A DNA stretch of 64,000 bases from contig NC_057719.1 in NCBI RefSeq assembly GCF_004010195.1, forward strand, positions 30,815,001 through 30,879,000. Direction: 5' to 3'. Below, piece by piece: positions 1 through 11,649 of this stretch. The first letter of the stretch is position 1, and the number at the start of each line of letters is the position of its first letter. Below the pieces are notes generated by a model that ran no database searches, was not told the DNA's origin, and saw only the letters and a list, made by a program, of their open reading frames with translations. Source of the DNA: Chiloscyllium plagiosum. Lineage: Eukaryota. A program made the translations under genes and the position numbers.

Positions 1-277
1 GGATTGGAGCAGGGGGATTGGAGGGCTGCGCGTTGTGAGGGTGAGAGGTTGGAGTGGGGGAGGGGGGTCGACAGGTTGAGGCGGTTAATGTCCCGGCGGC
101 AGTTGTGAATGAAGAGGTCGAGGGCAGGTAATAGGCCAGCGCGGGGTGTCCAGGTGGATGCAGTGTGTTGGAGGTGGGCGAAGGGGTCCTCGGAAGGTGG
201 GCGGGAGTCCTGATTGTGAAAGTAAGCTCAGAGGCGGAGGCGACGGAAGAATTGTTCGACGTCACGGCGTGTATTAA
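1..277 (-). mobile_element. Penelope-like element (Neptune-type), N-terminal ORF fragment, runs off the window edge
   Basis: Minus-strand translation NTRRDVEQFFRRLRL*AYFHNQDSRPPSEDPF...STWTPRAGLLPALDLFIHNCRRDINRL...HSNLSPSQRAALQS fits the F-x-RRLRL and NLS...AL motifs upstream of PLE RT; the stop is a CGA>TGA-type change. Confidence 0.8.
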
Positions 278-702
278 ATTCATTGATGCGTGGACGGAGA
301 GGGATGAAGGTGAGTCCTTTGTTGCAAAGAAAGCCCACAGTAAGAAGGATCTGCCCATATTACAGAATGCCATGGTTTCCATCAAAGCACACCCTTTTAT
401 TACAGGAGCCCATGCTGAAAAAAAATTCTGAAGGCCAACTTGGACATCAAGAGTTTTCCCCTGGGGAAGTAAAAGATCAGCAGAGTCAATACCAGATTAT
501 GGTCATTGTGGCTAATGATTGACACACGCACTTTAAATTTGATAGAGAATTGCAGTTTGTTGTTCTATCAGATTGTGTAAAATCGTTGAAGGAGTTTACC
601 CTTTAATATTCATCCATCCAACTGAATGGCCCAGGAGGAACAAGCCTCAAGGTCAAAGGCCAGCTTCAGGCAATGGTAAGATGCAGTTATAAAATGATTG
701 TG

Positions 703-920
703 GGAATTGGTTTAGCTCAGTTAACTGGATTGTTGATTTACACAGCAATGTGATGCCAGCAGTGTGGGTTCAATTCCCATCACTGGTTTGAGCTTACTAT
801 GAAGGACTCTCCTTCTCAACCTCTTCCCTTGCCTGTGGTCTGGTGGCCCTCAGGTTAAATTACCACCAGTTGCTTCTCTCTAATGAGAGAAGTCCCTATG
901 GTCTGGTAAGACTATGGTGA
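703..920 (+). mobile_element. Old tRNA-derived SINE
   Basis: A-box-like TAGCTCAGTTAA (~713) and B-box GGTTCAATTCCC (~767), then non-tRNA body; no cloverleaf end. Confidence 0.6.
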
Positions 921-999
921 CATAACAACATTAACTAATGATTGCTGAAACCCCTGGATTTTTTTCCCCAATGGCATTGTGGGTGTGTCTTAACTTTAT

Positions 1000-1450
1000 G
1001 ACAGTCTTGGTACAAGCATGTCAAAACAGGCGAACTTGAGGAAAATGAGGATGACTGCCTCTGACATCAGCATTTGATTGTGTGACATCAAGGAGCCCTC
1101 GAAAAAAATACAGTCAATTGAAATTAAGGGAACATTCTCCACTAATTGGAGTCATCCTCGCACAGAGGAAGATGGTTGGTGTTCATAGAACATAGAACAT
1201 AGAACAATACAGCACAGAACAGGCCCTTCGGCCCACGGTGTTGTGCCAAACATTTGTCCTAGCTTAAGCGCCTATCCATGTACCTATCCAATTGCCACCA
1301 AAGATTCTGAGGTCAATCAGGTCAGACACGAGACATCAGTGCTGGAGTTCTTAGAGTAGTATCCTCAGTTCAATCATCTTATCTGTTTTATTAATCACCT
1401 TTCTTCAATCATAAGGTCAAAGTTGGGATGTTAGCAGATGACTGCACAAG
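1000..1450 (+). mobile_element. Ancient L2/CR1-group LINE RT fragment, split by a younger CR1 tail
   Basis: Degenerate DI.AFD..HQGAL, AGV...S.L, CFINHL.SIIRSKVGMLADDCT motifs readable across frameshifts. Confidence 0.65.
1184..1298 (-). mobile_element. CR1 LINE 3' end
   Basis: (CATAGAA)x3 is the reverse complement of the (TTCTATG)n tail seen at 6741-6760, followed by the matching 3' UTR. Confidence 0.8.
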
Positions 1451-1779
1451 GTTTCATAGGCAGCACCTTCCAAATGTACCCCTCCACTTAGATGGTCTAA
1501 TAAAACCATTTTTCACTTTTGGGCCTCTTCTGTCTCTGTAAATCACTGTAATCATTTTAGGTGCTGCAACGATGAACTTGTTGCACGACTGCCAGAATTT
1601 TCTGGCCACTCAACAGTGAGTTTCTTTAAGGTTGCAGAAATTCAGGCAACAGGCTGCTTTACATGTGTTATGGCTGCCATATGTCAATGGCCGTATCGGG
1701 GCAGAGTCATGACTGGAATCCATCACATTAAATCCCTCATTAGTTTGGCTGTTACATTGCATATTTTTTCTCATTCTTA

Positions 1780-2060
1780 GGATGTCATTCTGTGGATGTC
1801 TAGCAAAAACTGACAATTATTTTCCATCTCCCTCTTGTTGCCTTGGATACAACTGCATGACTTGCTCGATCACTTCAGAGAGTAATTAAGAGACAACCAT
1901 ATTGGAATCATGTATAGGGCAAAGGCACTGAGTTTTACCCCCTAAAGGACAGTTGTGTTTGTTTGATAATTTGAGAGCTTTATGCTCACTTTTCCTGATA
2001 CTAGCTTTTTCATTTTCTGATTCTTTTACAATTGAATTTCAATTCTTAAGCTCCCAAGAT
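1780..2060 (-). mobile_element. Degraded SINE of the family at 22805-23125
   Basis: Colinear similarity (ttaagag.caacca, ccctaaaggaca, ttgaattt/caa) to the 22.8-23.1 kb copy. Confidence 0.5.
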
Positions 2061-2136
2061 GAAACTAAAATTGTGAAAAAATGAAAAATGCACCAATTTT
2101 CAGTCATGAACCAGTTAATAATTCTAAAAAAAATAC

Positions 2137-2305
2137 GTTCCAAAGATTGTTTGATAGCAGGAACACTGCACGGATCATTAAGTCTGTTTAAAAGGCTACA
2201 TAACTGGGGCAAATCACTTGCTGTCTGCATTGAAATATTGATCTTGGAATGTTCTCGTAACCATAGGAACTGAAGGTCAGTCTTAAGAACCTTTACAGTC
2301 ATGGG
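2137..2305 (-). CDS. Candidate internal exon of an unidentified host gene (PMTVKVLKTDLQFLWLREHSKINISMQTASDLPQLCSLLNRLNDPCSVPAIKQSLE)
   Basis: Strong acceptor ttccttttgtttacag, 169 nt open (phase 0 to 1), donor GTATTT; non-repetitive sequence. Confidence 0.35.
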
Positions 2306-2679
2306 CTGTAAACAAAAGGAAACCAAGGTCTCCATTGCAGAAGTGACTAATGTTTTTCTGGTTTATAGTACATACACAAGATCTTGTAATCCATCACTGT
2401 TTATAAATAATTATGATGTCTCTAATAACCTGAATAATCATTTCAAAAAGGTGAAAAAAGCCCATGCAGTGAGTGAAATGAGGACTGTGACTAAACAGCT
2501 ATTAACAAATATTTATTTGATCATGATTTGACTTTAAGTTAACAAAAGTAAAACAGAGTAAGCATAGTCTGTTCGGGCAGTGTTTATGTTCCCATTGAAC
2601 TGGTCCATTAGCCATCAAGTGACGTTCTAGAAGCCAATTTACTGACAGTTGAAGCTTGCTGAGGATATAAGTTGATTAC

Positions 2680-2818
2680 CTCTCAGATATATCCCTGGAT
2701 GTAGGAGGAGGTGGAGCAAGATCCACTCTCTCCCAGTTTTCCAGAACCTTGAGTGGCCTTAGCTGTGGTTCTGCGAATGGACTTGAGCCCATTTCTATGC
2801 ATCCATCAAGTGATTCAT
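2680..2818 (-). CDS. Candidate exon (ESLDGCIEMGSSPFAEPQLRPLKVLENWERVDLAPPPPTSRDISE)
   Basis: Donor GAG/GTAATC, weak acceptor aaacccag, single open frame (phase 1 to 2); spliced to 2305 it would terminate after Ser-Pro. Confidence 0.22.
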
Positions 2819-2875
2819 CTGGGTTTTATTGACAGACTAACCGAAATATGCTTATCATATTTATGGGAATAATAA

Positions 2876-3262
2876 TGGCGCTGCTGCCTCACAGTGCCAG
2901 GGATTTGAGTTCGATTCCACCCTTGGCCAACTGTGTGGAGCTTGCACATTCTCCCTCTGTCTGATTGGGTTTCCTCCACCTTGGGACCCTCCAACCACAC
3001 CGGATCAATGTTGATTTAATCAGTTTCCTGATTGATTATTCCGGCTTCCCCCCACAGTCCAAAGATGTGCAGGTATGGTGGTTTGGCAATGTTAAATTGC
3101 CCATAGTGTCCAGGGATGTGCAGGCTGGGTAGATTAACTGTAAGAAATGCAGGGTTACAAGGATAGGGTGGCAGGTTGGGAATATAGGAGTCTGGGTGGG
3201 ATGCTCTTTGGAGGGTCAATAGGCCTAATGACCTGCTTCTCCACTGTAGCGATTCTATGATT
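2876..3262 (+). mobile_element. HE1-like tRNA-derived SINE with a ~55 bp internal insertion
   Basis: Colinear with the intact copy at 41201-41520 (ctgctgcctcacag, B box, gtttcctcc/cccacagtccaaa); CR1-type tail ttctatga. Confidence 0.85.
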
Positions 3263-3351
3263 TGAAGTTTAAAAATGGTGTTCATGGTTCAAGGGCAAGG
3301 AATTAAAATACCCTTGGCATGTTGTAAACTCAACTTCTAACTGACAAAGAG

Positions 3352-3885
3352 AGAGAGTGAGGACTGCAGATGCTGGAGATCAGAGTCGAAAAGTGTGATG
3401 CTGGAAAAGCACAACATCCAAGGAACGGGAGAATCAACGTTTCGCACATAAGCCCCTCATCAGGAATGTGGGGGTGGGTGTTAAGGGGACTGAGAGATAA
3501 ATAGGAGGGTGGGGATGAGGCTGAGGGGAAGGTAGTTAGGAAGGCAATAGATAGATGCAGATGGGTGATGGTGATAGTTTGGAGCAGAAGGTGGAGCGGA
3601 TAGGTGGGAAGGAAGATGGACAGGTGGGACAGTTCAAAAGGGCAGTGGCGAGTTGCAGGGTTGGATCTGGGATGAGGTGTGGGGAAGGGAGATAAGGAAA
3701 CTGATTAAATCGACATTGATCCCGTGTGGTTGGAGAGTCCTGAGGCGGAAGATGAGGTGTTCTTCCTCCAGGGTGGCTAGGATTTGGCAATGGAGGAAGC
3801 TCAGGACTTGCACGTTCTTGGCAGAGTGGGAGGGGGAGTCGGAGTGGTCAGACACAGGGCAGTGGGGTTGTTTGGTGCGTGTGCA
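3352..3885 (-). mobile_element. Penelope-like element 3' end (GIY-YIG C-terminus, 3' UTR, hammerhead-bearing terminal repeat)
   Basis: ORF 3634..3855 has EEEHLIFRLRTLQPHGINVD; minus strand 3463-3436 reads CTGATGA-GGGGCTTATGTGC-GAAA-CGTT. Confidence 0.85.
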
Positions 3886-4334
3886 ACAGCCACAGCTAGA
3901 ATCTGCCCAGACGTAAAATCCGGGCCACTGTACACAGTAAAGTTTGTTTCCAAAGGGTTAGTTAGTTTTGAAGAAAGCGTAATTATTAACTCTATTTCTC
4001 TCTCGAGATGCTGCCAGATTTCCTGGACATTTTCTGTATCATGCTTTACTTAGACATGACATTTTTGATTACCTTGACCACTCAATAAGGTATTCATTGT
4101 AAGTATAAAAACATATCTTATGTATCTTTCATGTATAATAATGATGATTGTTTACAATTGTATTGTGAATAATAATTACTTGTTTTATTTGTATTATCAT
4201 TATAACTTGGCACCTGTCACCATGATAATTTAGCTACCCATATTGATTCTCAGGACTTATACCTTCATCTCTTCCAACAAATTTTACGTGGTAACTTTAA
4301 TTACTTTCATTAGAAATTTCCTTTACTCTCCTTT

Positions 4335-4560
4335 CATACATGAAGCATTTCTGAATGAGCTGCTCCATGAGAGCTCTGATAGCTTGAACACCAGTGGATA
4401 TATTACCTCAACTGTTCCTCCTTTTCTCACTGTGTATTCTCCTCCCCTCTTCATCCTTTTTCTACCCCTATTCCTGATGCACTTTCTGATGCCCAGATGG
4501 TAATGGTGATCTCTCACAAAGGCTAAGGTATAAAGCATGAAGCAGGTGACCAAAAATGAA
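4335..4560 (-). mobile_element. Decayed PIF/Harbinger transposase C-terminus
   Basis: LVTCFMLYTLAFVRD resembles the HARBI1-type xxCCxLHNLAxxRG motif, followed by a purine-rich (acidic) stretch and AIRALMEQLIQKCF (ARxxRxxLIxxxF-like). Confidence 0.5.
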
Positions 4561-4639
4561 TGGTGACTAAGTGATGCAGGGAGTGGAAACATGGAAGGGG
4601 TGGATAAAATACAGCATTGGCCAGTATGTGCTGTCCAAC

Positions 4640-4686
4640 TTGCAACATATTGCTGCATTTCAGTACATTGTTTAGTGTAACCATAT
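4640..4686 (-). CDS. Candidate small exon (frame and donor uncertain)
   Basis: Strong acceptor cctctctttccag; two frames open (MVTLNNVLKCSNMLQ or YGYTKQCTEMQQYVA); donor weak. Confidence 0.22.
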
Positions 4687-5620
4687 CTGGAAAGAGAGGA
4701 CACTTAATGCACAAAAAATCAAATCAAGAATCTTAACAGTGTATGTTATTACTTTAAGACATGTTAGGTGGACAGGGTTGGTTGGCTAGGTGTCATAGAA
4801 AACCTACGAAATTAGCATGAATGTCTGAGCCACCACAGAAAGTTTGAACATTATTTTGTTGTGGTTACAATGGAGTCTCTTAACAATACTGAAACTTGGC
4901 TTTAGTTTTCTATTATGATTGCAATTTAAATTCTTCATTCTTTCAGATTCTTTCCATTTCTGAAGAAGAGTCATTTGACTCAAAATATTCTTGAAGTACT
5001 CTTTCTTTTCACATAGACAACAGAATTGCTGAATTTTTCCAGCTCTCTCTGTTTGTATTCTTCCTTTTAAGATTTCCTTGTCCTGAAATAAGCTATAGTG
5101 CAATTCTAATGTTGCTTAGTTGACAACACATGAAAATAAATGTATTGAATGGTCATAATAATGAATGAATCTGCTCTGAGTAAACAATCAAGATTTAAGC
5201 AGTTATCACCATAATGCTCTATAATGTCAAATTTTCAATATTATTTCAATGTTGACTAGTTAAACCTGAGAATCAGGTCAGTTAAGCAACAGTAATTTTT
5301 AAAAAATAATTTGCTATAATGTTTTACCAAGTGTTTTTAACCATATTATTTATTACAATAAATAATTTAAGTAAAAATGACTGAATAAATATAATAATAG
5401 ACAGAAACAAAACATAAAAGATACTTTATCAATTTTGACTGACAAATGTCCTATAGATATGTATCAATTATTTGGCTGTCAACCTTGTTAAAAGGATGTA
5501 AATATGAAACATAACCATCTTACCGGTCATTAAAAGATCATCAACCTGAAACATTAATCTTGCTTCTCTCCACTGATATTGCCTGACCCCCATTGAACTT
5601 TTCAACTTCTTTTCTAACAT

Positions 5621-6760
5621 TGATAAGGTTTGATAAGGTTCCCCATGGTAGACTACTGCAAAAAATACGGAGGTATGGCATTGAGGGTGAGTTGCAGGGT
5701 TGGATTAGGAGTTGGCTGGCTGGAAGAAGACAGAGGGTAGTAGTTGATGGCAAAGGTTCATCTTGGAGTGCCGTCACTAGCGGTGTTCCGCAAGGATCTG
5801 TTTTGGGACCATTGCTGTTTGTCATTTTTATAAATGACCTGGAGGAGGGGTTAGAAGGTTGGGTGAGCAAGTTTGCGGATGATACGAAAGTCGGAGGAGT
5901 TGTAGACAGTGAGGAAGGATGTGGCAGGTTACAGCGGGATATAGATAAGCTGCAGAACTGGGCAGAAAGGTGGCAAATAGAGTTCAATGTAGCTAAGTGT
6001 GAGGTGATTCACTTTGGTAAAAGTAATAAAAAGATGGGGTACTGGGCTAACGGTCGGATACTTGGTAGTGTGGATGAGCAGAGGGATCTTGGTGTCCATG
6101 TACACAAATCTTTGAAAGTTGCCACCAAGGTAAATAGTTAGGTGAAGAAGGCATATGGCGTACTGGCTTTTATAGGTAGAGGAATTGAGTTCCGGAGTCC
6201 TGAGGTCATGATGCAGTTGTATAAGACTCTGGTGCGGCCGCATCTGGAATATTGTGTGCAGTTTTGGTCGCCATACAATAGGAAGGATGTGGAGGCACTG
6301 GAACGGGTGCAGAGGAGGTTTACCAGGATGTTGCCTGGTATGGTAGAAAGATCGTATGAGGAAAGGTTGAGGCACTTGGGGTTGTTTTCATTGGAGAAAA
6401 GAAGGTTTGGGGTGACTTGATAGAGGTGTATAAGATGATTAGGGGTTTTGATAGGGTCGACAGTGAGAATCTTTTTCCTCGTATGGAGTCAGCTATTACA
6501 AGGGGGCATAGCTTTAAATTAAGGGGGGGTAGGTATAGGACAGATGTTAGGGGTAGGTTCTTTACTCAGTGAGTCGTGAGTTCATGGAATGCCCTGTCAG
6601 TAGCAGTGGTGGACTCTCCCTCATTATGGGCATTTAAGCGGGCATTGGATAGGCATATGGAGGATAGTGGGCTAGTGTAGGTTAGGTGGGCTTGGATCGG
6701 CACAACATCGAGGGCCGAGGGGCCTGTACTGCGCTGTATTCTTCTATGTTCTATGTTCTA
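5621..6760 (+). mobile_element. CR1 LINE, 5'-truncated ORF2 RT plus 3' UTR
   Basis: FDKVPH, SGVPQGSVLGPLLF, KFADDTK, LVRPHLEYCVQFWSP motifs; in-frame stops; (TTCTATG)n tail. Confidence 0.95.
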
Positions 6761-7061
6761 TTACTAGATACATTACTTTTTAAGATCACACCTTACTCAA
6801 TCATCCTACTTGATAAATAATTCTGTTTGATCTAGTAATTACATGTAGATAATCCTGCAAATGGTGCACTTATTGCACTGCTCTGCCTTCATAATAAAAC
6901 CTAACCCTAGTCCTTTCTTCCAGATGCTGAAAGTATTGATGCCTCTGGATCATTTCTGGAGAAGGGGGCCAACCTTCCTGACGGTACAGTTTCTCTTGTC
7001 ATTGATGCAGGTGGTGATGAATACCTGACTTATTTTAGCTTAAAAAGGCAATCTCATTCAG

Positions 7062-7186
7062 GGGTACAAATCACACAACACCAGGTTATAGTTCGACAGG
7101 TTTAATTGGAAGCACTAGCTTTCAGAGGGCCGCTCCTTCATCAGGTGGTTGTCCACCAGTCCAACACCAGTATCTCCAAATCATGA
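7062..7186 (-). mobile_element. PLE terminal-repeat mini-element with hammerhead core
   Basis: Minus strand 7144-7116 CTGATGA-AGGAGCGGCCCTCT-GAAA-GCTA; same terminus as PLE copies at 12408-12520 and 30715-30802; last ~35 bp in opposite orientation. Confidence 0.8.
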
Positions 7187-7198
7187 TTACTATCATAC

Positions 7199-7307
7199 AG
7201 GGATGTAATTTTTGAAGACCTGACATATAAACATTTCCTATACTTATATATGGCTGTTTTACATTGTCCTGTATTGTGTTCCAATGTTTGTACAAATCTA
7301 TTTGTGA
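7199..7307 (-). CDS. Candidate exon (SQIDLYKHWNTIQDNVKQPYISIGNVYMSGLQKLHP; a second frame is also open)
   Basis: Acceptor aaacctttcag, donor GTATGA, 109 nt. Confidence 0.3.
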
Positions 7308-8079
7308 CTGAAAGGTTTTGAAATATACAGTAAAGTACAATCTCATTAATCCCAATATCATCATCACTCTATAGTACTCAAATACCAGAGAGAGCTCCCT
7401 TCTCTAACATAATAGCATCTCACTGATTATTCACACAGTTGAGTTTAGACTTTCTTCAAATGATCCCTTCAGAACTTCTGGTCTAGAGTTTTCAACTAAA
7501 ACTATTACACTGATGTTTGATTTGATTTGATTACTTTTCTGAACTAAATCCTTTCTCTAGGAGAAATCGTTTCTTACATCTAACTCTAATCAAGATTTCT
7601 ATGAACTGAAAATAAAAACTTTCCAAGTTGTAGGATTAGCTCCTAAGCAAAAGGAAAATCAATTCCTTAATCTCCTAAAATGAAAGCAAGCTAATGCTAT
7701 TTTAATGTTTACTCAGTCCTCCTGTGAAACTCTCACAATGCCATCTAGATCCCATTATCACTCCAGGAACACTCTCTCATGCTGTTTTCTTTCTTCAATA
7801 AAGCCATGGCTCCTGAGATACTGACAAGTTAATTATTAAAAACCCTTGTACACACAGACTTAAACTCATATGCCACCAGTTCAAACACCAACCTCTATAA
7901 TAAATGATATTTATACATTTAACATAAATTATACACCTTATATTACAACAGAGTAATATGTTATAGACTTTAACTGACTGTATAAAAGATTCAGAATTTC
8001 AGTTTGGAGATTCCTTTTTCAGTGCTTGCATCTAAACTGTTGAATTTTCTAGAATGTGACATACAGGTAAGTTTCTGAT

Positions 8080-9345
8080 TTTCAACTGCTGTTCAGTACT
8101 CAGAAAGAGACATCTTTTTAGATTCAATAAATGCTGCTTTAGAGAAAGGAGGAGCAATTATGTACAGCAGATGTGATGGTATAAATTAAACTTTCTGTGG
8201 TGTACAAAGGATGGGGGAATTCAGTGATGGTGGCCTTCTGAGATCATCTGGTATGAGATAGTGCAATAGTCTGATATGAGTGCAACAGAAGAGTTATAGA
8301 CTGAAAAAATAAGGATGAAGTCACTCTTAGTGGATCTGGATATCACTGCAAATGACAGTATAAGTAGTAACAAACAAATGAACCCCAGCATTACCTGAGG
8401 AACTGTTAACAGATGTGACTCAAAATATCATTATGTAATGAATTACTCAAAGTGAAAGAGCAGGATTGTTGAATGGACTCATGACAAAGAATTTAGGGAA
8501 TTTTAAGATAATGACAGTTATCAATCTGAGGGAATTGTACTGGTCACAAGAAAATTTAGTCCAGTAAGAAGTGCAATAGTTAGTATTCATTTAATTGTAC
8601 TATGTTAAATAATGATATCACCATATATCCACCGTGTGGATTAAAATGTTATTTAGATTTACTCTGTAATAAGGCTTGAAATTTCAGGTTTGGAAATGAC
8701 AACACACTGAGGTCATTAAAATGCAAATGACCATAATTGGTACAGATGTAATCTCTCATGAGATATCCTTACAGCTGAGTAAACATTTCATAAAAAGACA
8801 TAAATGGAACTGGACTTAGGATATTCTAAAGCAAATATTTTTGGAAAGTCACTGGATCTCCAGGTTACCCAATCAGAGTATTATTCCATTTCCTTTACAA
8901 AGTCTAACGTTCACAATCAGAATGTTAAAAAAGAGTTAATGACATCATCAAGTGATAAGAATCTGAAAATAAAAACAAATTTTCTTAAGGTTACACAGAT
9001 AATTTGCTCACCCTTCTCACAAATTAAACATCTTCCTAAAAGATGCAGCTGCTGTTGATGATGTGTGTTTAAGACTCATCAAAGCAATTCCTGAAGAATG
9101 TGACATATGTAAAAGGTATTGAAGAAGTAGGAGCCATGAGCTTAAAGCTTTGGGACAAAGTCAGAAATAGTTCTGTTTTATATTTCGGATTCAGTTTTTC
9201 TAAAGTAATGCATTCTAAGGACAAAAAGATAATTGTTGATAAGTGTGTCTGTGATGAGTTTGAAAGCTTTGGTGAAAATATGAACATTGAGGTTATGAAC
9301 ATTGCAGCTGAAAGTCTTTTCAGCAATGGACTCTGTGAAAGGTAC
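8080..9345 (+). mobile_element. Decayed Ty1/Copia-order LTR retrotransposon (GalEa-like): gag knuckle, protease, integrase
   Basis: RCDSKYHYVMN (CCHC remnant ~8410), FRFGNDNTLRSL and TDVISHEISLQLSK (protease region), ELDL...KANIFGKSLDLQVTQSEYY, RLHR*FAHPS...EECDIC (HHCC), EFESFGENMNIEVMNIAAESLFSNGLCER (integrase core); PR directly followed by INT. Confidence 0.72.
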
Positions 9346-9602
9346 CTATTATTAATTTAATGTATTTTCTGTTCCCTAAGTGTTTATGTTTTTATCTCTT
9401 TTTGTCCTCTGAGCTTCACTGTTATCCCTTTTCTTTAACTTTGAGTCACTATGATATGTAGCTGAGCCCACTTCTTGACCACTTAAGTACTTTCTATGAA
9501 TCTATTTACCTTTTTTGCTTGGACTTTGACCTAGTTCAGAAATCTCTGAAGACAAAATCTTTTTATTCTACTCACCACTTAAATTGCATCATGGTTTATG
9601 GT

Positions 9603-9690
9603 CCGGATCAGCGGCGCTGGAAGAGCACAGCAACTCAGGCAGCATCCGAGGACAGGCAAAATCGACGTTTCGGGCAAAAGCCCTTCATCA
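9603..9690 (-). mobile_element. Young ~85 bp PLE-derived hammerhead fragment with 16-bp target-site duplication
   Basis: CATCATGGTTTATGGT at 9587-9602 and 9686-9701; minus strand TGATGA-AGGGCTTTTGCCC-GAAA-CGTC; CpGs intact. Confidence 0.85.
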
Positions 9691-9975
9691 TGGTTTATGG
9701 TGTCTTGGTTGAAGTTCTGGTCAAACTCCCTATGGATCTCCTTTTTGTCCTTATAGGTAGTGAATATAACTTATCTTCTGGACAAGACCAACAAGTTTCT
9801 GTTCTTTTGTTTACCTCTACTATTGACAGTCCATCACAGACTCCTATTAATGTCCTTGTTTCTTCCTGTAGGTGGTGTGACTACATTCTGAAGTGAACAA
9901 TTCTGATATTCTCTCTCCTCCTTTAGTCAGATTGTGCATATCTTGCACTCCAGTTTAATAACTCAGAGCAACAGT

Positions 9976-10308
9976 GATTAGATTAGATTCCCTACAGTAT
10001 GGAAACAGGCCCTTCGATCCAACAAGTCCACACTGACCCTCCGAAAATTAACCCACCTAGATCCCTTCCCCTACCCTATATTTACTCCAGACTAATGCAC
10101 CTAACACTATGAGCAATTGAGCATGGCCAATTCACCTGACCTGCACATCTTTGGATTGTGGGAGGAAACCAGAGCACCCTGAGGAAACCCATGCAGACAT
10201 GGAGAGAATTTGCAAACTCCACACAGACAGTCGCTCTGGGTGGGAATCAAACCCGGGTCCCTGGCGCTGTGAGGCCGTAGTGCTAACCACTGAGCCACCA
10301 TGCTGCCC
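9976..10308 (-). mobile_element. HE1-like tRNA-derived SINE, full length
   Basis: GGGCAGCATGGTGGCTCAGTGG head (A box), GGTTTGATTCC B box, (TAATC)n tail. Confidence 0.9.
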
Positions 10309-11139
10309 CTTCAAACCATGAACATTTACAGGATATTCTGACTGTCCACACCTTCCCACTTTCCATCTCACTATCTATGCTCTGTTACGTACTCAATATA
10401 TTAGTTTTTTATATATTCCTTGTGCTAAGTATAATACTATATTAGACTTAAGTTCATTTCTATTATCACTTAAATTGCTTGGTTTATTATACTTAGACTA
10501 TTGCATCTGTTATGGCATTGGATTCTGTTTAATTATTTATTGTTGATCGGTATCTTTCTGATCTTGCATCTTATGGACTTGCACTTTCAAAAATTGCAAT
10601 TGCAATATTATTTTTAAATTAGTGGCTAGTTTTTAGAAGCAGGTGATGCTCCGGATTTTCACTAAAGTAAAAATATTCATATCCTGCTTAACAGGATGAT
10701 TGTTAATGGCTTCATTTTGAGAACACCTCACTAGCAAGACAATTCACCAAACTCTGCTGAAGGTTTACTTGGAATGATTGAGCTGATTATACACCATATG
10801 GACTTCCTCTTTGAATATCACTTCATTTTTGCAGAACATAATTTACATAATACAAACATTTATCATGCTCATTGCACTGTCCACTGGCTACATGTATTAG
10901 TGGCACTTGTTGACATGATTTAAAACTAGCCTGCACCTCATAAAGGGAAGGTGTGTTTCGGTTCCTGGAGCTGAAATCATTAGAGAACTGCTGTTAAATA
11001 ATTAACAGAGCATGAGAGTTTTTAGTGGAGAAAGCAGAAAGATCAAGATGGTCCTATAATGAGCAAAAGCCAGTAGCAATAGTATAGCTGCAGATATTAA
11101 TGCCAGAATTTAGTCCCTTTGACTTAGATGCAATATTAC

Positions 11140-11290
11140 AAGTTTAATGACTTCATGTAAGTGGTCAAGGTCAGATTGGACAGGGCATAGTCGTGATGCT
11201 ACAGTGAAGATTGTTTGTCTCATTGTCCTCGTATCATTAGAGAAGGTGCAGTGTGTGGGCATATTCTTTGGGCCAACAAACAGCATAGTC
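11140..11290 (-). CDS. Candidate exon (TMLFVGPKNMPTHCTFSNDTRTMRQTIFTVASRLCPVQSDLDHLHEVIKL)
   Basis: Acceptor ttattctcacaaag, donor CTT/GTAATA, 151 nt open (phase 2 to 0), unique sequence. Confidence 0.33.
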
Positions 11291-11649
11291 CTTTGTGAGA
11301 ATAAATATAGCTTCAAACATGAATGAATCACAAAGCAAGCCGATTGATTTTATTAAATTGATTTCTTATGCAATTCTTAGTCTAGATTATTTAGTAAATA
11401 TTGCCTAATAGCAGAATCACATCTAATATTTTGCAAGAATGGACTGGTTAAGGACATTCAGCAAACTGACCTCTATAGATAGTCACTAAAACTCACATAC
11501 ATGACACACTTGAGTGGTATACAAAATATCCTTTTGGCTTGATGGCAGCATCTTACCAATGGAGAATACTGTTTGTCTATTTTATGTAAAATGACACTGT
11601 AAGACATCTAGCTTCAGTTGTTGCTCAAAACTGGATGCTTTTAGATCTT

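Noticed and set aside
4323..4703. 126-aa ORF as a single exon ending at GAG/GTAATA
   Set aside because: Distal two thirds look like decayed Harbinger transposase
5621..5640. 10-bp tandem TGATAAGGTT at the CR1 5' end as TSD
   Set aside because: Both copies are on the same side; no match at the 3' end
5593..6420. Functional reverse transcriptase gene
   Set aside because: 5'-truncated CR1 with in-frame stops and frameshift; opposite-strand ORFs are shadows
6924..7010. Plus-strand exon candidate (DAESIDASGSFLEKGANLPD), likewise 48140-48201
   Set aside because: Good splice signals but isolated, no recognisable protein and no consistent chain; cannot be told from chance
9700..9900. Retroviral env furin site (minus-strand RTKRR)
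   Set aside because: No hydrophobic fusion peptide or CX6CC motif follows; frame has many stops
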